From the NCBI GenBank assembly GCA_963753345.1, contig CAVWBU010000016.1:128001-192000 (forward strand): a stretch of 64,000 nucleotides of DNA. Reading direction: 5' to 3'. The notes beneath the pieces are model-generated. The model saw nothing but the letters and a program-made list of their open reading frames with translations, ran no database searches and was not told the DNA's origin. The position numbers and the translations under genes were made by a program. Positions 56,588 through 64,000 of this stretch are shown here, piece by piece (positions within the stretch are counted from its first letter, which is position 1; each line of letters opens with the position of its first letter). This DNA comes from an uncultured Fibrobacterota bacterium (GTDB lineage: Bacteria > Fibrobacterota > Chitinivibrionia > Chitinivibrionales > FEN-1185).

Positions 56588-58321
56588 CTACTTCTTCTTC
56601 TTTTCTTCCCACTTCTTCACCGTTGACAACTGCGACGCTCTTCCATAGAGGTCGATCGTGCTTGCGTCGAACTGCGTGGAGAAGTAGGCCAGCGACGGCA
56701 GCGAGAACAGCCACGAGCCGAGCGCCATCTTCTGGTCGAGCGCGTCTATCCTCCGCGAATATTCCTGTTTGTCGCCGATCTCGTGCGTGGACATGAAGCT
56801 GTAAATGTCGTCGAGCAGCGTCTTCGCGTCGGCCTGTTCGGGCGACTGCGCGCTCAGGTCGAGGTGGAAGAAGTTCTTGGAAGCGGTGAAACATTTCGGA
56901 TCGGCAATCTCCTTGCCCTTGCTGTCGACGAGCGTCTGGAGGTTGATCCGGTACGATTCGAAGTCGGGCTCGCGCAGGAAGATCGGGTACAGGTCGAACA
57001 GGAAATTGCTCCGGTACCCGGATATCGGGACCAGCACCGCGTCGTAGTTGCCGCGACGGATTTCGTCGTTGCCCACCGCGCTCACTTTCAGCTTGCCGTG
57101 AAACATGCCGGGATCGTTGAGAATTTCCACGAGGTCGGAAAGCTCTTCGCGGAAATCGTAGTTGAGGCACGTCTGGATGCGCACCGTGTCGGGCAGCAAC
57201 GACACATCGGGGCCTTCCTTGTTGACAAGCGGCGCCACCACCTTCTCTTCCACATAGTAGGACGTGGTGGGAAACACGCTGTTGTTGATATACTCGTCGT
57301 AATTGTCGCCCTCGCCCTTGTAATTGGCGATGTGGCGCTGCTGCTGCGAGCCCGTCTTGAAAAACCGGTTCATCACCATCTCGTTGTTGATCAGCTTGCG
57401 CAGCGCGAACCGCTGGTCGTGGTTGAGCTTTTCCACGTTGTAAAGGATCGCGAAGAAGCACGTGGCGATGCTCGACTTGTGGAAATACTGCATGCTGTCG
57501 CCCAGTATGGGCGACATGGCGCCGAACGGGGTGGAGAGCAGCGTGTTGATGTTGCGGTTGCGGAGTTCGGTGGTGTAGGTGCTGTTGTCGATGAACGGCT
57601 TGAGGATGAAGTTGGCGATGTGCGCAATGCCGTCGGGCATCTTGTGGAAGTAGATCACGTCCTCGTATTCGCCCGTGAGTAGGTACGGGCCCGTGCCGAT
57701 GTTATACGCGGGCGCATCCATCTCCGAATTCGCGGGCAATATCTTGAACGAGAGCACCTCCTTGATGTCGTCCTCGCTCCACATGCGGTCGCCCTTGAAC
57801 TGGAACTTTATTTCGTTATTGTTGTCCGGTCCGGAAAACGCGAAATCCGGGATCGCCTGCGACACCAGGATGTAATCCGGCGACAGGCTGCCGAGCTTCT
57901 GGATGCGGCGGAGCGTGAACGAGAGGTCCTGCGCCGAGAACACCACGTCCTGCTTCGGGGCGATGGTGGCCTTGTTCTTATCCATGGTCACGTTCCAGCT
58001 TGAATGCCATTTCTTCCCCTGCTTGAGCCGCACGGTCACCACGCCGGCCTTGTCGATGCCCATGTACTCGCCCAGGCCGTCCTCGTAGGTGATGCCGCTC
58101 GGGTTGGCCGACACGTTGAACAGGCCGTCGAACACCACTTCGTCAAGCTTGTCGGCGATGGGGATCGGGCTCGGCACGTGCGGGTCGATGCGCGGCTTCT
58201 GGTGCGCGATGTACGGAATCACGATGCTGTCGGCAAGGTTCTTGCGGAACACGAACCAGTACACGGCAACGCCTGCCGCGGCGACAAGGACTGCGAGGAT
58301 GATGATAAGCGCTTTTTTCAT
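56588..58321 (-). CDS. ABC substrate-binding family 5-like membrane-anchored protein
   Basis: N-terminal TM; IDP, VFDGLF, VRLKQG.KWH, FSAQD..FT, IGTGPY. Confidence 0.7.
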   Translation of the reverse strand: MKKALIIILAVLVAAAGVAVYWFVFRKNLADSIVIPYIAHQKPRIDPHVPSPIPIADKLDEVVFDGLFNVSANPSGITYEDGLGEYMGIDKAGVVTVRLKQGKKWHSSWNVTMDKNKATIAPKQDVVFSAQDLSFTLRRIQKLGSLSPDYILVSQAIPDFAFSGPDNNNEIKFQFKGDRMWSEDDIKEVLSFKILPANSEMDAPAYNIGTGPYLLTGEYEDVIYFHKMPDGIAHIANFILKPFIDNSTYTTELRNRNINTLLSTPFGAMSPILGDSMQYFHKSSIATCFFAILYNVEKLNHDQRFALRKLINNEMVMNRFFKTGSQQQRHIANYKGEGDNYDEYINNSVFPTTSYYVEEKVVAPLVNKEGPDVSLLPDTVRIQTCLNYDFREELSDLVEILNDPGMFHGKLKVSAVGNDEIRRGNYDAVLVPISGYRSNFLFDLYPIFLREPDFESYRINLQTLVDSKGKEIADPKCFTASKNFFHLDLSAQSPEQADAKTLLDDIYSFMSTHEIGDKQEYSRRIDALDQKMALGSWLFSLPSLAYFSTQFDASTIDLYGRASQLSTVKKWEEKKKK

Positions 58322-58353
58322 GGAGCACCCTTTCTGTTTTCCATCATGAAAAG

Positions 58354-58462
58354 ATTCACCGCAAAGATCGCAAAGCAAAAAGAATCACCACAGAGGCATA
58401 GGGGACACAGAGAAAAACACAAAAATTGACATACTTTCAACTTTCAACCTCCAACTTTCAAC
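58354..58462. repeat. Short intergenic repeats
   Basis: TCACCGCAAAG../TCACCACAGAG..CACAGAG and four tandem ACYTYCA heptamers (58433-58460). Confidence 0.5.
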
Positions 58463-58483
58463 ATCCTTTATTCGCGTCCTTTG

Positions 58484-60883
58484 TCAATTCTTCTTGATAA
58501 TCGGCTTCTGCACCATCACGCTCACCGTGAACGGTTTGAACGCGTGATAGGTGAAGTTGACTTCCAGAATGTTGTTCTGGTCCTTGTTCATCTGCACCGG
58601 CGTGATCTGGCATTCGTAGTCGTTCGACGCGCTCGGTGCCGTGATGGAGAACCGTCCCTCGTTCTTGAGCTGCTTCTTGTTAAGCAAAATCTCGTCGTAC
58701 CACTGGCTCGCGCCCGCGTTCTGTGAAATCTCCTTGGGAAGCTTGATGTTCACGTCGTACACCGGGAAATTCGCATCGGTCGGAATGTCCACGTTGAGCC
58801 GGATATAGTACTTGTTCTTTCCCTTGCGGTTGTCGGTGATGGGAAGCGCGAACACGCGGCGGTATTCCTTCGGCTTGGAGATCCTCTTGGCCGACTGCGG
58901 GTTGCATTCCGCGACACGGATCTTGAGGTCCTTGTCGTCGCCCTTGTAATGGTTGCCGTGCGTCACCACGGCGCGCGCCTTGAGCACGCCGTCGTTTTCC
59001 GGGTCCTTGATGAACTGCTCGTAGCAGAGCTTGATTGCCTTTGCCGGGAAGTCGTAGTCCTTGAGCTTGGCAAGGTCCGCAACAAGCGCGTCTTTTTTCT
59101 GGATCAGGCGGTTCTGCGATCCGGACGAGAACGTTATGTTGTACGCGGGCAGGAACACGGAATCCGAGTAGAGTGAATCCACGTTTTCCAAAACGCCGAC
59201 CTTGTCCTCGCAGAACTTGTTCACTTTCGCGCGGGTCAGCCGCTCCACGCCCGAGTACAGCGAATCTTCCAAGTCGCGCACCGCCGCCTGCTTGAACGGA
59301 AGTATCGCCTGCGGATTAAGAAACGTATTGTCGGTATGCAGCGTCCGAAGTCCGCTCTCGGCCTGGCCCCAGGCATTGGCGGACAGCGACGACTTGATGG
59401 ACTTCATCTGCTGCTCGATGGCCAGCCTGTCGAGATCGCGGTACTTGTCGAGCAGGAATCCGAGCTGCTTTGCCTGCGCGAGCAGGCCGACCATTGACCG
59501 GAAGTCGCCCTGGGCCTTGAACATGTTCACCTGCTGGACAAGGATTTCGGCCTGGTGGCATTCGCCGAGGTGAAGAGCGACCTCCGAGCCGAGTTTCGCA
59601 ATCTCCGCGTTGAATGCCAAGGCACATTTGTATCCCGCGAACTTGCCGTACTGGTCGTCCATTTTTGCGGGAATCGCGTTCTGCACCGCGGTGAGACGCG
59701 CCACCACGCCCTTGAAGAACTCGTCGGAGGGCATCTGCGGCCCGTCCTTGACGTATTTGGCGATGCGGTCCATGGTGTCCTTGAGGGCAAGGAGCGTTTT
59801 GGCCCTCGCGTTGAAATCGGCAACGAACTTGGTCATCTGCGCAAGGTCCTGGGGCACCGCGATGTCGGCCTTTTCGTGCAGGGTGACCATGCGTCCAAGG
59901 GAGGGCGTAAAGTACAGAGCGCTGTCGAACGGGGTCACGTCTTCCTTGCCCGACATGCGCATGGCAAGGAACGGCATCACCTCTTCGAACCTGCTCTTGA
60001 GCACGCGCTGGCTTTCGTTCACCACATAAGGCGCAAGAATGCTCTTGTTTGCAAAGTACGAAATGAAATCGTCGAGATGCGACATGAACTCGGCCGGGTT
60101 CTGGCGAGACGCCTTTTCCTTTGCAAAGAAATCAAGCGCGGCAAGGTACGCCTTCTGGAAGTTCATCTCGTCCTCGAGGTTGGCGCGAAGCTTCCGGTAG
60201 TTTTGATACGCCGGGTCAGCGGAGTTCACGATGCGCGCCGGGAAAATGCTTTCGATGGCGAGCAGTTCCTTGTACACCGCCTCAAGCGCCGCTTCGTGGC
60301 GCTTCACGGTGTCCGCCGCGGCGGCGAAGTTGAAACCGTCAAGCTGCGTGGTCGAGCCGATGCCCTTGTACGCATTCCTGTCGACAATGTTTTTTGCGAG
60401 CGTCGAATTGTATTCGGAAGCCTTGGTCTCGAACTTGAACCGCCACTGCGGTGCATAGCGGTATTTCATGTGCAGGACGAAGTCCTCTCCGCCGACTTCT
60501 ATGAACCAGTAGAACGCCTGCGACCTTGTGTTGATCGCATACACGCTGATGGAATCCGGCCACAGCGTCTCGTCCTTGATTTTTTCGCCGGGCGTCTTGT
60601 TCTGGGCGTAGCTGTTGGAGAAGAAACTGGCCATTTTCTTTTTCGACGGGACATTGAGCACGACATAGAAATTGTCCTCGGTGGGCGCCGGGAATGCTAT
60701 CACGTATTTCTTCTGTTTCTTGAGCTCAAAGTCCTTTTTGTCGTTCTTGAGCTCTATGTATCCCTGCTCGACGCCGGAGAGCTCGGGTTTCGGCTTGAGC
60801 TGGGCATACGGCGCGCATGACATGAGGACAAGCGCCGCCGTCACCAACGATACACCAAGTAGTTGAAGGACCTTTGCTTTCAT
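58484..60883 (-). CDS. Large hypothetical lipoprotein
   Basis: Lipobox LMSC; 799 aa with consistent codon usage; AGGAG RBS. Confidence 0.8.
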   Translation of the reverse strand: MKAKVLQLLGVSLVTAALVLMSCAPYAQLKPKPELSGVEQGYIELKNDKKDFELKKQKKYVIAFPAPTEDNFYVVLNVPSKKKMASFFSNSYAQNKTPGEKIKDETLWPDSISVYAINTRSQAFYWFIEVGGEDFVLHMKYRYAPQWRFKFETKASEYNSTLAKNIVDRNAYKGIGSTTQLDGFNFAAAADTVKRHEAALEAVYKELLAIESIFPARIVNSADPAYQNYRKLRANLEDEMNFQKAYLAALDFFAKEKASRQNPAEFMSHLDDFISYFANKSILAPYVVNESQRVLKSRFEEVMPFLAMRMSGKEDVTPFDSALYFTPSLGRMVTLHEKADIAVPQDLAQMTKFVADFNARAKTLLALKDTMDRIAKYVKDGPQMPSDEFFKGVVARLTAVQNAIPAKMDDQYGKFAGYKCALAFNAEIAKLGSEVALHLGECHQAEILVQQVNMFKAQGDFRSMVGLLAQAKQLGFLLDKYRDLDRLAIEQQMKSIKSSLSANAWGQAESGLRTLHTDNTFLNPQAILPFKQAAVRDLEDSLYSGVERLTRAKVNKFCEDKVGVLENVDSLYSDSVFLPAYNITFSSGSQNRLIQKKDALVADLAKLKDYDFPAKAIKLCYEQFIKDPENDGVLKARAVVTHGNHYKGDDKDLKIRVAECNPQSAKRISKPKEYRRVFALPITDNRKGKNKYYIRLNVDIPTDANFPVYDVNIKLPKEISQNAGASQWYDEILLNKKQLKNEGRFSITAPSASNDYECQITPVQMNKDQNNILEVNFTYHAFKPFTVSVMVQKPIIKKN

Positions 60884-61009
60884 CCGAGGCTCCTTTGCAT
60901 TGGAATGGGGGTATACGCCAGGGTTCGCAAACCGGGATTTATTAATATAACAATCGCCTGTTAATAAGGCATTTTTTCAAGCAAGTATCATAATCAATAT
61001 TAGATTCCC

Positions 61010-61186
61010 TTGGTGGGGGCACCGCTTCGCGTTTCCCCCTCGCTGCGGCCTCCTCGTCCCGCGGGACTGCGGTGTCCTCCGCTACCCCCTCCAGCAAAGG
61101 GGCGCGCCTGGTGCGCTCGACTTGCGCTCGCGCGGCGTCGCCCCTTCGCAACGCAACCTCAGTGGTATGCCGCTTCGCGGCAATAA
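61010..61186 (+). repeat. Structured repeat family B, full copy
   Basis: TTGGTGGGGGCACCGC...CCTTCGCAACGCAACCTCAG.GG.ATGCCGCTTCGCGGC.ATAA. Confidence 0.8.
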
Positions 61187-61270
61187 GCCCATTAGGGTGA
61201 AATAGCCGCCAAAAATTTTCCTATGTAAATCATTTGTAAATATGAGAACAAGCACTTGTCATATGCGCGT

Positions 61271-61428
61271 GCGTTAGGTGGACCGGAGGGTGAGTGAAAG
61301 CGAATTGCCGGCCGACCCGGCCGCCAGGCATAGGGCGGACCGGCAACGAGGCGAACAGCCGAGCCCGCAGGGAGACCGACCCCTTGTAGAAGCGCGGCAT
61401 GCCGTACCTCTACAAGGGGGAACGCCCA
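61271..61428 (-). repeat. Structured repeat family A, copy 4, with nested GTAG-type REP
   Basis: Matches copy 2; variable hairpin carries GTAGAAGCGCGGCATGCCGTACCTCTAC (61386-61413). Confidence 0.8.
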
Positions 61429-61447
61429 ATTTGTTAGTATTATTATA

Positions 61448-61762
61448 CTACTTTACATAGGAACAGCAATAATCCGTCAGTTGCGCCACCTCGAGCTTGA
61501 ATTTCGAATTCGCGGGTACGTCGAACGTGTTTCCTGCGTTGATGGTTTTCCATTCAGAACTTCCGGACAGCTGCACCTGCAGGCTGCCGGCCATGATTTC
61601 CATGACTTCCCTGTCGGCGGTGCCGAATTCGTACTCGCCCGGCGCCATGATGCCCAGGGTTTTCCTTTCCCCATTTGCAAACAGCACTGTTCTGCTGGTC
61701 ACCTTGCCGTCAAAATAGACGTTCGCCTTCTTGACAACCGATACATTGTCGAATTTGTCCAC
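61448..61762 (-). CDS. ppnP: Pyrimidine/purine nucleoside phosphorylase (DUF1255)
   Basis: [24 protein letters not shown]...[19 protein letters not shown]. Confidence 0.92.
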   Translation of the reverse strand: MDKFDNVSVVKKANVYFDGKVTSRTVLFANGERKTLGIMAPGEYEFGTADREVMEIMAGSLQVQLSGSSEWKTINAGNTFDVPANSKFKLEVAQLTDYCCSYVK

Positions 61763-61941
61763 AGTGATTCCTCCGTTGAAAAGTGTGTGACGCATCCTGC
61801 CGCAGGCCGCTAGACCCGGCTTCCGCGGATCAGAAAAGATACGCTGCGGATGCGATCCTGCGCCACGAATTTTGCACGATGATGGGAGCGCTCTCTCGAA
61901 AACATCCGGTCGTCACGGATTAAACCTTTTCCTCCGCCCGT

Positions 61942-61970
61942 TTGACACAATCGCCACGATGGCGTATATT
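61942..61970 (+). promoter_or_regulatory. Sigma70-type promoter
   Basis: TTGACA-17 nt-TATATT. Confidence 0.6.
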
Positions 61971-62049
61971 TACGCATGATACAACCGGCCGTCGCGAGCC
62001 AGTGAATTCGTCAGACAATGCTTCTTCTCGTTTCCCGGATAGAATCCTT

Positions 62050-63093
62050 GTGAAACATCTGCTCTTACTGCTTATCCTTGTTGCCACATGCTTCGCAGGA
62101 AACAACACTTCCCTCCCCGATTCCATTCATGCGCAGGTGTGGGGCGGCGCGCAGGTATCAGACCAGGCCCCGGCCGGCATAAAAGGCCTGGAGTCGGGCA
62201 TGCTTGACGCGTGGATGGCGCATTGGTTTACCGACGCGGTTTTCTGCCGTTTGTACGTGAGAGGAACGCCGTCCTTCCAGACGCCGTTCATCGAGGAGGC
62301 TTCGCTCGGATACCGCCACGCGGATTTCACTGCAAAGGCCGGCATGCTTTCCACCCACGTGGGCCGTGCCCTCCTGTACAAGCCCTTTTCCGTGTTCAAC
62401 CAGTTTACGCGCACGTCGGTCGTGTGGGATTCCTACGGGTTCGGGTTCGGGCTCGACGCCGGCCTGGGCGCGATGCGTCTCTCGGGCGCCGCCACGCTTA
62501 ACACCCGCGAAAACGGCGCCGCCCATGTCATGTGGACGGCCGTGGATAATGCCGCGGTGTGCGAGCGCGTGCTGGTCGGGGTGCAGACGGCGAATCTTGA
62601 CAATGGGGACAACAGCCTCACGGCGGGCGACGATTTTACGCTGTCGCTGGGTCGCTTCGATCTGCATGCCGCGGTACAGTACACGGCATATCAGGGGTAC
62701 GGCAACCCCACCATAAAGCCCGGGCGGCTTGTGGAGGGTTTCCTCGAAGCGCGCTGCGTTCCGGCGGCTCCGCTCACCCTGAGCGCCATGGTATTCTACG
62801 AAAACCTCGAAAAGGGATACCTGTTCGTGAGTTCGCCGTCCACGCAGCTCGAGTACCTTTTCGAGTCGGCGCAGTGCGGCATCGACGCCCAATACATGGT
62901 GATACCCTGGCTCGGCATGTACGCGGGATACGAATATCAACTCAACGGATCAGCAGGAATGCATGTTCCGCAGGCGGGCATCGCTGTGGTGCCCTTTGCG
63001 CGCCAGACGCTCCTGCGCGTCGGATGGGAATCCTCGATTGTCGGCGCGGCGGCGGTGCACCGGATTACCGGCGTTCTCTGGTTCGAGTACTAA
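62050..63093 (+). CDS. Hypothetical outer-membrane beta-barrel-like protein
   Basis: Signal peptide, amphipathic strands, ends WFEY. Confidence 0.6.
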   Translation: MKHLLLLLILVATCFAGNNTSLPDSIHAQVWGGAQVSDQAPAGIKGLESGMLDAWMAHWFTDAVFCRLYVRGTPSFQTPFIEEASLGYRHADFTAKAGMLSTHVGRALLYKPFSVFNQFTRTSVVWDSYGFGFGLDAGLGAMRLSGAATLNTRENGAAHVMWTAVDNAAVCERVLVGVQTANLDNGDNSLTAGDDFTLSLGRFDLHAAVQYTAYQGYGNPTIKPGRLVEGFLEARCVPAAPLTLSAMVFYENLEKGYLFVSSPSTQLEYLFESAQCGIDAQYMVIPWLGMYAGYEYQLNGSAGMHVPQAGIAVVPFARQTLLRVGWESSIVGAAAVHRITGVLWFEY

Positions 63094-63104
63094 CGGAGCG
63101 GGTC

Positions 63105-63899
63105 ATGATCTTCCGGCTCATTCGCACGATTCGCACATGCAAACGCATCGCCGTGGCGACCGCGTTTGCAGCAATGCTGCTGTGTATTTTGACATGCAGT
63201 AATTCCTTTCTCCCCATGGAAAGCAGCACCGCCGCGCCCATCGTGGCCGTGACGTTCGACGACGCCGATTCCTCGATTTACACCACCGGTTACCGGCTCA
63301 TGCGCGCAACCGACACCGCCTGGACCGCCACCCATTTCTTTCCGGTCAGTTTTATCGGCCAGTCCCGTAACGTCACCCTCGACGAGGAAAAGGAAATGGA
63401 ACAAGGCGGATGGGAAAGCGGCGGTCACGGCGCCACGCACGACAACCTCTCGTCACTGCCGCCCGACACGATGAATGCGCTTGTCAAGGCGTCATACGAT
63501 TTTCTCGTGCAGAACGGACTTTGCCACCAGAGCTACGCCTACGCGTCGGGCATGTACAACGACACCGTGAAGGCGGTGGTCGCCAAGTACTTTGAAAACA
63601 TACGGACCTCGCACGACTACTATTATCTCGACGGCATCAACCGGCAGGAACTCGGGTATTTTGCAGTGGAAGGGGGCTTTACCACCGACGACATCATCGT
63701 CCGCGTCGAGGACGCCATAATGCTCGGTGCGCCGCTCGTGGTGATCGGCTTTCACATCATACTGCCCGATTCGGCGCCGCCGGTATCCACCTATTACGTA
63801 AGGGAGTCCGCGTTTCGGGGTTTTCTTTCGTACCTTGCGCAGCAGCACCTGCAGGTGATGAGCGTGCGGGATGCAATGAAGATTCTGTGCGGATCGTAG
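63105..63899 (+). CDS. Polysaccharide deacetylase (CE4), probable lipoprotein
   Basis: VTFDD, GWESGGHGATH, YAYASG, IGFH. Confidence 0.85.
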   Translation: MIFRLIRTIRTCKRIAVATAFAAMLLCILTCSNSFLPMESSTAAPIVAVTFDDADSSIYTTGYRLMRATDTAWTATHFFPVSFIGQSRNVTLDEEKEMEQGGWESGGHGATHDNLSSLPPDTMNALVKASYDFLVQNGLCHQSYAYASGMYNDTVKAVVAKYFENIRTSHDYYYLDGINRQELGYFAVEGGFTTDDIIVRVEDAIMLGAPLVVIGFHIILPDSAPPVSTYYVRESAFRGFLSYLAQQHLQVMSVRDAMKILCGS

Positions 63900-63951
63900 C
63901 GGAAAGCAGTTGTAGAACGGGAACGGGACCGCGGGGAACAGTACTCCGCCT

Positions 63952-64000
63952 CTACCGCTCGCTTTTCTCCTTCACCGCGGCCATTTCCTTTTCGTAAAGA
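63952..64000 (-). CDS. 3' end of a gene entering from outside the window
   Basis: ...LYEKEMAAVKEKSER-stop. Confidence 0.35.
   Translation of the reverse strand, partial: LYEKEMAAVKEKSER

Noticed and set aside
56363..61261. 11-bp direct repeat AGCACTTGTCA flanking the family B module as a target-site duplication
   Set aside because: The copies are 27 and 65 bp from the element ends and not symmetric; chance or promoter -35 similarity is more likely.

Overview
Bacterial DNA, GC-rich in coding regions, genetic code 11. The gene style (T9SS-like C-terminal tails, TonB system, beta-helix exoproteins) suggests an FCB-group organism, possibly Fibrobacterota/Chitinivibrionia; this is an inference. 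The first ~48 kb looks like a large phosphate-starvation region. It holds pstS-porin-pstCAB-phoU-phoB-phoR-phoU, two purple-acid-phosphatase-type metallophosphoesterases, a degenerate GDPD, a PHP-GT4 fusion, an atypical pyruvate kinase, and a TonB-dependent receptor operon facing a DUF3450/ExbB/ExbD/TonB/TPR operon. About a dozen intergenic arrays of a CTAACA-like hexamer at exactly 11-bp spacing (putative Pho boxes) lie upstream of these genes and of several unexpected ones. The last ~15 kb is ordinary (radical SAM, fprA, GH84, hisS, ppnP, CE4), but its intergenic spaces contain several families of structured repeats. These include a four-copy covarying Flavo-1-like element, a three-copy multi-hairpin element, IS200/IS605-type miniature elements and nested REP-like palindromes. 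Two long poly-T/poly-A tracts and many single-base frameshifts indicate a low-quality consensus rather than real pseudogenes.
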